From an uncultured Methanosarcinaceae archaeon (GTDB lineage: Archaea; Halobacteriota; Methanosarcinia; Methanosarcinales; Methanosarcinaceae), in contig CAWHXP010000005.1 in NCBI GenBank assembly GCA_963833425.1, positions 160,001 through 224,000 on the forward strand: DNA of 64,000 nt. Reading direction: 5' to 3'. The notes under the pieces were generated by a model. That model saw only the letters and a list, made by a program, of their open reading frames with translations. It was not told the origin of the DNA and searched no databases. The translations under genes and the position numbers were made by a program. Numbering within the stretch: position 1 is the stretch's first letter; every line of letters begins with the position of its first letter. Of the stretch, positions 1 to 11,490 are shown piece after piece.

Positions 1-189
1 TCCATGTGGATTTTGGAGAGAAGGTTCCCTGAAGAATTTGGACGGAGAGTATATAGAAAAACTAATGTTGTTGCAGAAAACCTGAATCAAAATGTCGAGA
101 TAAGCTTCAGGGACGCAGACAAAATTAGAAAACAAATTCTAGAGAAGTTTGATCTGGTTGCAGAAAGTAATGAGTTATCAGTTGATTAA
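1..189 (+). CDS. 3' end of a hypothetical protein, possibly terminase-small-subunit-like (partial at window edge)
   Basis: WILERRFPEEFGR resembles the (A)WxLERxxPxxWGR motif seen near the C-terminus of phage small-terminase-like proteins; only 61 aa visible. Confidence 0.35.
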   Translation, partial: SMWILERRFPEEFGRRVYRKTNVVAENLNQNVEISFRDADKIRKQILEKFDLVAESNELSVD

Positions 190-215
190 TTTTTCAGTTT
201 AACTTAACATATTTT

Positions 216-1067
216 GGTTCCGTTGCAAAAACTTCAAAATAAGCATGTAAATCTATAAGTAATAAATAAAAATCAAAATATTCAAGGAAAATGTACCAAC
301 ATTATAAAACTATACCAAACAATTGATTAATGTATTTGACTTCATTAAGAACAGAGTATTTTAGATTCTTGATTTGTCCTTTATTGATCATATTCATGGC
401 TTCAATTCCTTTTAAAGTCTTATTAGCAGTAGAAAAGACTGAAATCCTAACATTGGATTAACGATTCGCTTTATAGATCTATGATCTTGTTCTATACTGT
501 TATTCAAATGCTTGATTTATCTAATGCCTACGTTTTTAGGTAGTATTTTATCATTTTTCAGTTCATCTATAGCAGGGGGATAAGCTGGATTCTTATCAAC
601 GGCTATTACTCTTGGAATTTGATTATGGTTAGAACTCAAAGCTTTATTAAAGAATCTCTTCGCTACTTTTCTATTTCGTTTTGAACTTAACATGAAATCA
701 ATTGTATCTCCATTTGAGTCAACTGCTCGATAAAAATAGTCCCATTTACCTTTTACTTTGATATAGGTTTCAGCAACTCTCCACGAATCATTTGTTGGTC
801 TTAAATGTCTTCTTATCTTCTTTTCTATTTCAGGGGAATATTGATGTACCTATCTCATTATAGTACTGTGATCAACTTGAATTCCTCTTTCTATCATCAT
901 TTCCTTTAAATTTCTATAGCTCAATGGATATTTTAAGTACCATCTCACATTCAATAGGATAATTTCTCCTTCATAATGCTTCCATTTATAGGAATTAGAT
1001 AGCATATCACTATCTTTGGTTTTTTTATTCTATTGTATCATTAGAAAGGATTTTTTGCAACGGAATC
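216..1067 (-). mobile_element. IS6-family insertion sequence with inactivated transposase
   Basis: TIRs GGTTCCGTTGCAAAAA (216) and TTTTTGCAACGGAATC (1067); minus-strand KWKHYEGEIILLNVRWYLKYPLSYRNL...YRAVDSNG...NNSIEQDHR from ATG at 1005; TAG at 850-852, a further TAA and a frameshift. Confidence 0.92.
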
Positions 1068-1336
1068 TAATTTTCAACTGGTTTAAAGGGAAGGCACTTA
1101 TTAATGTTGCCCTTAGAGCTTATCCAAAAAGTGTTGTAACCTACTGTAATATTTACGGTTCGTCGCTGTTCCTAAACCTTAAAGAGACGCATCGTGCTTG
1201 CAATCTGCATGTTCATAGGCCAGGAATTTTTGCATTGACCGGCCTGGCTCGCAGCATGGGAACTGTCCATGAAGCAATCCTTTCCTCGCTCCTTATAACC
1301 TTTGTTACCATTTCAATGATCCAGATCTCTTCCGTC

Positions 1337-1485
1337 GGTTCCGTTGCAAAAATAATTTTACTGCCTTTTTAGGTTATAACTATTGCTTTTTGTATCATTA
1401 TTGACTTGTTTATGGCACATAAATATCCTATATGTGATGTTTTTTACTTGTTTTGTAAAATAGTCAGATTTTTTGTAACGGAACC
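1337..1485. mobile_element. IS6-derived MITE (149 bp)
   Basis: GGTTCCGTTGCAAAAA ... TTTTTGTAACGGAACC termini, no ORF; close homologues at 30483 and 30676. Confidence 0.88.
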
Positions 1486-1647
1486 AATAATCTTGTAGCT
1501 ATGCGTTCCTGTAAAAATATTAATTTTAACCTAAGACTGTTCATATATAGGCTATCATCCCTTCTTCTGTTTTTAAAGATGTAAGTATAGTTTTTTTATT
1601 TCGGCTTTTATTTTGAGTATCTCTTGTTCGTCTTTTCTTTTAGATTA

Positions 1648-2520
1648 TTATCTAGTGGATACAAATATATAATTATTATTCATATTTTTGGAATCGAGAA
1701 AGTCCTCCTTTAAAATGTAGCCATTACTAAGCAAAATTTTTTGTACTTGTGTATATTTGTCTCCAAAAGATTCAATCCAAATGGTCGGTTTATATTTTTG
1801 AATAGTTAACGAAGCTCCCTTTAATACTTCAACTTCGAATCCTTCAACATCGATTTTGATAAAGTCAATCATTTTTTCATTTATTTTCACATCATCTAAT
1901 TTTTTCAATTTTAAATTTCCATTTTCATCTTCTTTTATCGAAGTACCTCCTAAATTATTACTCAAATTACCATCATAATCTATTGAAGCTCTGCAAGTTT
2001 TTGAACCTAAAGCAAAATTGTATATTTCAACTTTGGAAGTTAATTCATTTAATTCGACATTCTTTTTCAACACATTAAACAAATCATCCCTAGGTTCAAA
2101 AGCATATATATTTTTAGCTCCTAATATTTTCCCAAAATACAGAACATGATTTCCAACATTACTTCCAATATCTATTATAACAGAGTTTTTATCGATGTAT
2201 TTTTCCATAGTTCTTAAGATATCAATCTCATAAAACTTTTTAGTTGTGATAATACTCTTCTGAATAAAATCTCTTTTGTTGGGTAAGAATATTTTTATTG
2301 TCTGATAAGTAAAGTTATTTTTCTTTTCATTAATAGTAAATATATTATCTTTATTGTTAAGCCTGGTGATAGTCTCTAAACAATTAATATATAATTGACT
2401 CATATCATTTAAATAAAGATATATTTGGTATAAATGCTGAATTTTCTTTCCACTAGCACGGGCTTTTTCTTTTCTCTCAAAAATTATCTCTTTTAAAGTT
2501 ATTTTAATTTCCTCCATCAA
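1648..2520 (-). CDS. FkbM family methyltransferase
   Basis: IIDIGSNVGNH, YAFEP, NFALG and IDFIKIDVEGFEVEVLKGA motifs. Confidence 0.9.
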   Translation of the reverse strand: MMEEIKITLKEIIFERKEKARASGKKIQHLYQIYLYLNDMSQLYINCLETITRLNNKDNIFTINEKKNNFTYQTIKIFLPNKRDFIQKSIITTKKFYEIDILRTMEKYIDKNSVIIDIGSNVGNHVLYFGKILGAKNIYAFEPRDDLFNVLKKNVELNELTSKVEIYNFALGSKTCRASIDYDGNLSNNLGGTSIKEDENGNLKLKKLDDVKINEKMIDFIKIDVEGFEVEVLKGASLTIQKYKPTIWIESFGDKYTQVQKILLSNGYILKEDFLDSKNMNNNYIFVSTR

Positions 2521-2808
2521 AGTGATTATTTTTATTGACTGATCTATTTAACTATGTACTAACATTGTATCCATAGAGAATTATTAAGATTTATGTGCTT
2601 TAAGGAAGAATAACTTCGATATTTGCTTATCCTTGTTGGTACTCTATTCTTGAGGTTGTTTACTCAAAGAAACCTTAATTTTGGACTTATTCAATTTAGC
2701 CTTGAAACCTTTAGACGAAAAAAAAATCTTAGCCTTGAAGCTGTAAGAGTTTTAATTTGATACTTATGTCGCGCTAGAAGGTTCACTGTCATACAAACAA
2801 GTTGCACT

Positions 2809-3246
2809 TCATACTACAGGTACAAAAGCACCGCCATAATCGCCGTTGTTAGGTCTGCTGCGCTTAGCTCTAAAATTTCTGGCATGGGTTGGGCGTCCAT
2901 GGATAACATTTATCGAAACATGCGCTGATGCATTACTGTAATTTGTAATATCATTAGGTATGAAATCAGCTTGTAATGTCTGCGTACCTACACTCAGTAA
3001 AGTTCCTAGGGGTGGAGTATAGACAAAGGTTCCAGGTATTGCGGCTTTAGATGCTGGATCCGAAGCAAATGCATTTAGCTGCGTGCTGTTCAATGTTTTT
3101 CCATAGATTATGTCAGCAGGACTATTCTAAATAATTATTGAGATAACCCGCTGCGTTGCGACCGCTTCAGCTGAGATCCCCACTAGCATTAAAATTATAG
3201 CTGTTGAGACTAAAGCTATCGAATAAAATTTATGTTCATCGATCAC
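2809..3246 (-). pseudogene. Secreted Ig-like (MBG-type) repeat surface protein interrupted by one in-frame TAG
   Basis: GTG at 3246 gives a signal peptide (KFYSIALVSTAIILMLVGISAEA), then III*NSPADIIYGKTLNSTQLNA...GTFVYTPPLGTLLSVGTQTL; TAG at 3127-3129 aligns with the Trp of IITWNNPADIVHG in the paralog at 61258-62367. Confidence 0.75.
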
Positions 3247-3609
3247 GTATTTTTACTCTTTTCCCATATTATTAAAGCTAGAAATAATGAGACAGTTATA
3301 TTTGATATCAAATACTTCTCAATATATTTCTAGTAGTGCAGCATCTCTAATTTTTGATATCCAATAAGCTATTAAAGCGATTATAATTGAAAAATTTTAT
3401 ATTGTTTTTTAGTAATTCTAGATTAAAAATGTTAGAATATTGCAAAAGCAAGCATAAATCATAGAAAGCAATACTTTGGGAAGTAAACTTGTTGCATATT
3501 TTATGTAATATGTGTCTTCATTTATACAAATTTATTGTCCAATTAGAGATAGATAGTCTCTCACTGTGGCTATGAATTAAAATGGGTTTAAGTTATAACA
3601 TTTCAATAG

Positions 3610-3975
3610 TACATATCATTCCCATAACAATTAGCACTAAACCAGTACCTTCCACATATTTCAAATTTTTCTCGGAGAGCCCAATTTCGATATAGTTGTT
3701 TTGTTTAAGTGTGAACAATATTCCTGTTTTATTAAAAGAACACTCAATCTTAAGTAATGTTTTATCAGGTTTTGTTTCATCAGGTCTTTGTGGGATCGCT
3801 TTTGATTAGTTGGATCCTTGGGTACATATGGGAGAGAACCTATAAACTGGCCGAAAGCCTTGTGTTGTATTTCCATTCCATGGCTGTAATATTGTTCGTT
3901 GCTGTGTCGATACAGGAACGGTGCCTTGTGACCATTTGACACATATGCTTTTGTTCTACACTTGGCGAAAAAAGC
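3610..3975 (-). pseudogene. Decayed YVTN beta-propeller surface-protein fragment
   Basis: Frameshifted pieces KAYVSN / IDTATNNITA / AFGQFIG, typical of Methanosarcina YVTN domains. Confidence 0.5.
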
Positions 3976-4662
3976 ACGTGTGTGCATAAAAATATTCAAT
4001 TTTGGATAATTTTTTATAGTTAGACCAGGTGTTGGGACATACCCGATTGCTTGCAGCGAGGTGTGCACATCAAATTTGATGTGAAAAATTCATTATTTAA
4101 TTAGAAAAATCAATGATGACCCAATTACACCCTTAAAAGAAAGAAAGCGAAGAGAAAATACAGGAATAATTTCACTTAATTTTTTATAATATTAAATATG
4201 ATGAAAAGAGTGTAGTCGAGACAATTGTTTCTGTCTACAAAAGGAAATTTGGAAAAGTACTTAGGACAAGAAAGTTCCGTAACCAATTGTAAAAGTAAAC
4301 TTTAAACTGATAATTTATAACATAAATAAAGAGTATTTGAACTAATTTGGATTAAATCAAAGATTTTTACATATACTATCTTCCAAAACAATTTTAGTAT
4401 CAACTTCCTTTTTTTTGTTTAATTTCTTCTATCGTTAATGTTAGCAAATAAGCAGCCGAAACTTATATACGGGACTAGCGTCGAAGTCGATGCTTGCATC
4501 CAATGGGCTGAAGACCTAGTGGTTTTATGCTTTGTCCTATTTAATTGTCAATACACCATTATAGAACTTAAATTGATGCTTAATCTGGAAAAAGATGTCT
4601 ATTTAATGAACTATTATCATTTTTGCCAATATGTTGAAATATAACTAATAAAAATATAACTG

Positions 4663-6159
4663 ATGTTTTGGACCATGTATAACATAACTGCCATCTATTC
4701 TAATATCCTTAAAATAGATCCTATCAAGCGCCAGAGTATAATATCATTGTTCTGGCAGATAGCATTCACAGCTATAGGTTTTCTGAGTACAATGTACTTC
4801 GCACGTACCGTAGGTGCTACAGTTCTCGGTGCATATTTTCTGTTTTAATCATACAACGGCATTTTTAATTTGGTTACAGACGGGGGATTTGGTGGAGCCG
4901 CAACCAAACGTATCAGTGAAGGAAAAGAACCTGATGAATATTTTAGTGCATCTATTATACTTCGGTTAGCATTCACTATACTCGTAGTACTCATTTTGCT
5001 CGTGTTTAAAGATTATTTTGTCGAGATTAATTACTCAGGTATATTTGTCTGGCTGCTGCTTTCATTGCTGGTAACTATGATTGCGGGTACTATAGCAAAC
5101 GGAGTTGCCGGCATGGGTAAAATTGGAATACACAACACCTGTATTGGCATAAAAAATATTTCATGTGTCCTATTTCAGATCCCGGCAATATATCTCGGAT
5201 ATGAGACTGCAGGTCTGGCTGGAGGTATGGTGGCTGGAGCAGTAGTGGCAGCAATAATTGAATTTCGTTTTTTCGATTTGCGTTTCGTAAGTTTCAAATG
5301 GGTCCACATAAAAAGTTTATCAGTATTTTCATTTTGGTTATTTTTAACTACTAGTGGAATGATGGTGTTTTCGCAGGCTGATACTATTATCATTGGACAT
5401 TTATTAGACATGGTCAATGTAGGCATTTACAGGATTACGCTCCAGTTCACAATGGTTGCTTCATTTAGCACAAATGCAATACGCTATACGCTTTGGCCCC
5501 GTATCAGCCGCTGGGGTAAAACTAACGAAATTGATATGGTGGAGGCGTCCCTGTCACGTGCTATTAGCTACTCATTGATACTGGCAATTCCTGTGTTTGT
5601 GGGTGGTGTTTTATTGGGTGATCGCCTGCTACTTCAATTCTATGGTGCAGACTTTGCTCGTGGCTACCAAACATTAATAATACTACTTGCTGTACAAGTG
5701 GTTAATGTATTCCAGTTTTTATTTACCATGTACCTGGATGCTCTAGATAATCCTAAAGAATCGTTTAAAGTAACTGCAATTGGCGTTGTTGCAAATATCG
5801 TGTTGAATTTTATACTAATTCCAATTATAGGTGTAAGCGGTGCAGCAATCGCAACTCTAACAACAATGATATTAAATGTTTTACTCGCAAGACGTTCATT
5901 ATCAAAACTTATGAAAATACGAGTGGAGCATCACAGCCTGTTGAATATTTCTATGGCTTCGATTGTAATGGGAGCACTGGTAGGTGGGTATCGTTTACTT
6001 ATACCACTTTCCAATATATGGATTACACTGGGTGCCGTTATTGTCGGAGGGGTGGCATATAGTGTCCTTGTACTGAAACTTGATAGACAGATTTGTAATG
6101 ATCTGCGAAAAATTGTGGAAGGGATGGGTATTGGAGTGATATGGCCTGGATGGTTGTAA
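4663..6159 (+). pseudogene. Polysaccharide flippase (Wzx/MOP family) split by a single in-frame TAA
   Basis: ORFs 4663-4848 and 4870-6159 are in the same frame; TAA at 4846-4848; many TM segments, TDGGFGGAATKRISEG and DTIIIG...VGIYR motifs. Confidence 0.85.
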
Positions 6160-6164
6160 ATTGT

Positions 6165-6657
6165 GGTTCCGTTGCAAAAATTCAAGAAAATATGTAGATC
6201 TATAAATAATGAATAAAAATCAAAATATTCAAGGAAAATGTACCAACATTATAAAACTATACCTAACAATTGATTAATGTATTTGACTTCATTAAGAACA
6301 GAGTAATTTAAATTATTGACTTGTCTTTTTTTAACCGTATTCATAGCTTCAATTACTTTTAAAGTCTTATTAGCAGATCGAAAAGATTGAAATCCTAACA
6401 TTGGATTAACGATTCGCTTTAATAGATCTAAGATCTTGTTCTATAATGTTATTCAAATATCTGGTTTGTCTTATTTCAATATTTTTGAACAAGTTCTTCT
6501 TATTTTCAGGGTTATGGTGCAAAAATAATATTTCCGTAATGTGATGCTATAATTCTTACCTTTTGTATTATTTTTCCCTTGATGTTATTAATTAAATTTC
6601 CTAATTATGAAGTTTTCATTGATTTTGCAACAAAGACAGATTTTTTGCACCAGAACC
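6165..6657 (-). mobile_element. Internally deleted IS6 derivative
   Basis: TIR at 6165, ~310 bp of transposase 3' end similar to 216-530, then a MITE-like end CAGATTTTTTGCACCAGAACC. Confidence 0.8.
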
Positions 6658-7184
6658 GCTTTTGACTTAGAAAGTATGCAACAAAGAAAAGAAAAATAAA
6701 GAATTAATTTAAAAATAAAAATGCATTTAATTAGCGAAGATGACAAGACTAATCTAAAATGTCAAAAAGTTGATCTTGTAGCTGCAGGGGATGAGAATCC
6801 TGCAGCTTGATACAATGCCCAAGTAAAGGTTCCAGAAAACCTTTGTATTAAAACTAGATTTAATTTTATATATATTTTTTGCATATATTCTAAATACTAC
6901 TAACCTAAACTAATTAGTAATTGAAATTAAGTATTCCATATCTCGTAATTGTAACATAAGATAGCTGTTCAATGTTAGTCAATAAATGACTTAATCTCAT
7001 GTCCTACAACAGACTGATAATTAATTTTAAGTGAAAATCGCCCTAACTCACTCGAGAAAGTGCCATAAATCGCCCCACAATCGCTCTTCTCCTGCTCTAT
7101 ATATTACCAGAATTCACATTTTATTATGTTTTTTTCAATTAGCAGTATATTAATTTATATAATTTTAAAGTAATAAAAGTATAT

Positions 7185-7400
7185 GGAAAATATCTCGTGG
7201 GTACTTACCGTGCAAAGCCGGCAAAATATGGGGATTCAGTTTTGTCGGGAAACGACTTATTCTCAGGCTCTTGCGAGACTTTTATTGAGAGTCCCATAAA
7301 TTCATTGCCCTGCTTAGAAAATGTCTCTAACGACCTTATAATGACTCCTATTTGATTTGATACGACGCATATACATCCCACTTGCATGCAGAACAAAAAT
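7185..7400 (+). ncRNA. Candidate structured small RNA
   Basis: TTTATATA box at ~7155; GC-richer island with nested stems (GGCAA/TTGCC, TATGGG/CCCATA, GTCG/CGAC, TCTCA/TGAGA); no credible ORF. Confidence 0.4.
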
Positions 7401-7504
7401 AACTTAATATTAAATACAAGCTTAGCTAATATTAATCATAAAAAATAAAAAACGGTGTTCACAATGGCACGTCCATCATTACTATTATAAGGGGTGATTT
7501 TAAT

Positions 7505-7651
7505 ATGGCAGAGGAAAAAGATTAAAGTGAACAGGGAGAACTTAATAAGGATTCTCTGAAATCATTGCTTAAAGAAAAGCAAAGAAAACAGGTTCGTTCA
7601 GATTATCGGCGTAGTCTGGGCAGCGAAGCTGGTAGAAGATATAAGGAATGA
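7505..7651 (+). pseudogene. Small charged protein gene with an early TAA
   Basis: GGGGTGA RBS, then MAEEKD*SEQGELNKDSLKSLLKEKQRKQVRSDYRRSLGSEAGRRYKE*. Confidence 0.4.
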
Positions 7652-8202
7652 GTTAATAAAAAAAATATTAAAGTATAATGATTTAATACATTATGCAGAA
7701 CAGATCGATAAGTTTTCAAAAATAAGTTAGATACTGTTGGTATGTTCAACATCAACAGTATTTCTCTACCCAATTCATGATGAACTTTGATTTCCATAAT
7801 AGTCAATTTTCACAACACTCATACCCATATACCAAGTTCTATCATATTGCAATTGAGCATTCTTTGGATGTGCGTTTAATAGATTTACTATTTTTTTGTC
7901 TCAATGTCCCTACCTTTAACAATTTCTATATCCTGATAGACCAACGAATTATTAAATATCGTTGAACTATACTCATACTTAAGCTCATTAGAAATCAAAT
8001 TCTAATCACTTGGATTTGTAGTTATCTTTTGATCATCATTAAATAGATATATAGTTACAGATGAATATGTATAACCCGATGAAACTACTTTTAGGCAATT
8101 TATTAGTACTCGTTTATCAACTCCTACTCCCGCTTCAACACGCTCCAATGTAAAAGCAAAAAAATCCATAAAACTTTGAGAAATAATATTTACTTAGGAA
8201 TA

Positions 8203-8586
8203 TTAAAAATATTTTGATAGTCCTTCTAGATCATATTCGCCAGTTTCTTCGATATCGCTCTTATTAATGTAAATATAGTCCACTGCCAGCTTCTTACTAG
8301 CCACCAAATCATCTAAACAAAATCCCAGTGAAGCAAAATTCTGGACCAATTCATCATAGGTTTCTTCAAAAGCTATAAAGACTCCTGGCTCGTCGTAATT
8401 TTGGGCTCCCCTGACAAGGAACTCCATGGCCATAAGTGTCTTTCCGGAACCTGCACTTCCATATACCAGTGTCGTACGACCTTTTGGCAATCCACCATCA
8501 GTGATATCATCAAAACCATCTATGCCAATTGGAGATTTTTCAAGATGCGCTTCTGTTGAAGTTGGGCTCTTTTCTTCAATCATCAA
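8203..8586 (-). pseudogene. kaiC: Truncated KaiC-family ATPase (N-terminal ~125 aa only)
   Basis: GIDGFDDITDGGLPKGRTTLVYGSAGSGKT Walker A, EPGVFIAFEE, EETGEYDLEGL, then abrupt end before Walker B. Confidence 0.85.
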
Positions 8587-9894
8587 ATGAACATTTTAAT
8601 ATTAATTTTGGAATTATTACATTAAATTACTATTAAATGCCAGGTATTCTTTTTTATAAATCAGCCTGTCTATTATTCAGCTGGAATTAATTGAAGCAAT
8701 AGTCTCAAATTCTAAAAGTTTTTAATATCCTTTAGGATCTTCAAAATTTACCATTAATTTCAACAACATTTGATTGAAATCAACAAAAATCCATCAAATT
8801 GCAAAAAGTTTCCGATTTTTTTATTCAAGGATATTTGTTGTCATGATCATCTAATCGAGGTTTCGATTTCAAAACTTTGAATAATTTTCAATTTTTATTT
8901 TGATTTTTCATATAATTTGGTTTTCTTCAGTAGGGTTTCTTTTTTTACATGGTGCTGTATGAGGATGGTGTCATTGAATTTTTTAATTCATCCTGCTTGA
9001 GTTTGCAAGATGAGCAGTTGCTCTCATTATTTCATTTTCTCTGCATCTGTGAGGCTTTCAGAGCAATGTATATTTTTATTTTGCAAACTTGTTCTTGAAT
9101 AAGTCCTAGGTAGTCATAAATAGAAAAGTTTTTCATTGCATCGAGTGCAAGGCTGCCATTTACACTGAATCAAGAGAATCTTTTTTGTCCCGATGAGAAA
9201 TCTGCCTAAAGAATACATCTCAAAGGCCTTCCTGTTCTGGTCAGTCTAAATCAAAATTTATAGCATGGTTTCATTCAAGGACTCAAGCGAACTAAGAGCT
9301 TTTGCGCTAGGGTTGATAATTACCAAAAGTCTTCTTTCCATTGCTTGAAACTTTCAAGGTCCAAGGCTTCGTATAGATACTTTTGGTATCTATTCCAAAT
9401 ATGCGTATAGTGATTTTATCTCGTGCTGCAATTTTATCCTGGATCAGATTGATAATCTGAATCATCCCAATAGACCATGTTTATAAAACATATGTTAACC
9501 ATTTTTCCAAAAATCCTGCGTCGATTTCTTTCTATAACAATGGGACTTCATAAAAATTTAGATATTTGACACTATAATCCACAGATCGTATATAATAATA
9601 TTTTATATATAATTGTTATTCTATATTTTTGATTGACCTTCCGAAAAGCTTAAAAGGAATGTGATTTATTTCAATCAAAAACGTTGACATCGATGCTATT
9701 GTTTTGTGGTTTCTTTTTGTAGAACCCTCATTATATTTGAAAACATGATCCTTTGGCGAGCTTCTAATGTCAGGGCACATATGTTATACAAGGCTGCGGT
9801 CATACCACTGAGACATGTACGCCTAGCAACACGTCCCTTTTAGGAAGAATATTCCGTTCTATCAAATAACTATTCCGGTCCAGGTTTTGATTGA

Positions 9895-10530
9895 GTGAAC
9901 TGTCCAATACATGATTCTAATGAATACAAAATGATTGCTTTTGACATGGATAGTAACTTTATAGACGCTGAGACTATAGACGAGTTCGCCAGGGCTGCAG
10001 GTACTATAGGTAAAGTGGAGAAGATTACGAAGAGAGAGATATGTGGAAACCTTGATTTTGAGCCAGCTCTTGCCGAATGGGTTAGAATTATAAGGGAATT
10101 TCCCCTTGAAACTGACCCCTATTCTGTACACAAGATTCATATTATGCCGGTAGCAACAGGACTTATCCTTCACTTTAAAAGTAAAGGCTATAAGGATGCA
10201 ATGATTTCAGGTGGAGTTACAATTTCTGCCACGGAAGTGTGCAAGGCACTTAATAATAATTCGGTTGTTACCAATGAATTGCTTGTTGAAGATGGCTGTC
10301 TTAAAGGCAAAGTTGTTGGCTCCGTCACGCAAAGTGAAACTAGGGAGGCATTAACAAATCCTATTTAGCAGTTTTTTGGCCAATGCGGGGGTCTAGTTGC
10401 CGGAGAAGGTGCAAATGATGCACTATCTTTGAGAGGGCAAGCTTTGCCACAGCTCCAAGTACATCCTAAGGGAGTGCGGCCATGATCGTTATAGGAAAGA
10501 TCTCAAAGTCATTATCCCTGTTCTTAAAAT
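9895..10530 (+). pseudogene. serB: Decayed phosphoserine phosphatase (HAD)
   Basis: AFDMDSN(T)...ETIDE, AMISGGV(F), NEL..EDG.LKG.V; TAG at 10366-10368, then GEGAND (GDGAND) and a frameshift. Confidence 0.85.
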
Positions 10531-10632
10531 CTCTTTCTTATCAATTTTGTAATCAGGCACAGAATGTCGACATCTAACAATAGAACTACCAAAATGCCAG
10601 CTTTTTTGCTGGATCTGGAGGCACAATAGGAG

Positions 10633-11490
10633 ATGCTAAAAGAATTGCAGAAAAAAAAATCAGATCTGAAGGACATTTCTGAAGAATCTAAGGAAAAAAG
10701 AAACGTTTTGAACGCAGAAGCTAGTACTTTTGCTGCAAAGCGCAATGAACTGAATAAAAAGACAAAAGATCTTATCAACGAAGCTCAGGAATTAAAAATC
10801 CTCAGGGATGAAATTAACGAAAAGGTCAGTGAATACAAGAATAAGCGCGATGATACCAACGCGAAGGCGAATGAACTCTTTTCAGAGGCAGACTCTATCC
10901 GAAAACAAAATAATTTGGCTGGTCCCTCTATAAAAGCTCTTCGAAAAGATATAGATCGGCTTGAATTTACTCAGCAAACCGAAGTCCTGAGCACGAGCAA
11001 GGAAAGAGAGCTCGTTGGGAAGATTACTCAGCTTCAAAAACAGTATCAGGTTAAAAAAGTCCAACTGGAGGGTAATCTAGAACTCAAGATTATTCTCGAT
11101 AAGGCTCAGCAAATCAGAGACGAAGCCTCAATATTTCACACTGATTTGGCTGAGTATGCTAGGCAAGCTCAAGAACACCATGAAAAGATGATTGCAGCTT
11201 TTAAGGAAGCTGATAGAATCAGGGCAGAATCTGACATTGCTCACAGGGAATTCGTAAAAGCCCAGGAAGCAGCTGATGAACAACATAAAATTTTCATAAA
11301 TGCACAGAAGGAAATTAGGGATCTTGATAAAGAAATTTTTAAACTTAAAAAGAAAGACAAAGATGGAAAGTCCCGTGTTGTCAAGTCAGAACTCCAGAAA
11401 GATGCCAAGTCCATCTTTGAAAAGTTCAAGGGTGGAGCAAAACTTACTACTGAAGACCTGATGACTCTTCAAAGATCTGGTTTAGTCTAA
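10633..11490 (+). CDS. Archaeal coiled-coil protein (COG1340/DUF342-like)
   Basis: E/K-rich heptads, LEFTQQTEVLS..KERELV and IFEKFKGGAKLTTEDLMTLQ; AGGAG RBS; lies downstream of serB. Confidence 0.8.
   Translation: MLKELQKKKSDLKDISEESKEKRNVLNAEASTFAAKRNELNKKTKDLINEAQELKILRDEINEKVSEYKNKRDDTNAKANELFSEADSIRKQNNLAGPSIKALRKDIDRLEFTQQTEVLSTSKERELVGKITQLQKQYQVKKVQLEGNLELKIILDKAQQIRDEASIFHTDLAEYARQAQEHHEKMIAAFKEADRIRAESDIAHREFVKAQEAADEQHKIFINAQKEIRDLDKEIFKLKKKDKDGKSRVVKSELQKDAKSIFEKFKGGAKLTTEDLMTLQRSGLV

Noticed and set aside
8203..8586. Circadian/Kai signalling system
   Set aside because: KaiC is truncated before Walker B and no kaiB is seen nearby
8700..9550. Possible gene or transposase relic (similar stretches at 20.2-20.8 kb, 27.3-27.8 kb, 29.6-30.0 kb and 33.6-34.0 kb)
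   Set aside because: Too degraded to assign a family without a translated database search
9790..9860. GGCTGCGGTCATACCA resembling a 5S rRNA start
   Set aside because: Similarity stops after about 16 nt; no 5S helices or 3' pairing
10366..10368. Pyrrolysine read-through rescuing serB
   Set aside because: Although GEGAND follows in frame, catalytic motifs are degenerate and a frameshift follows
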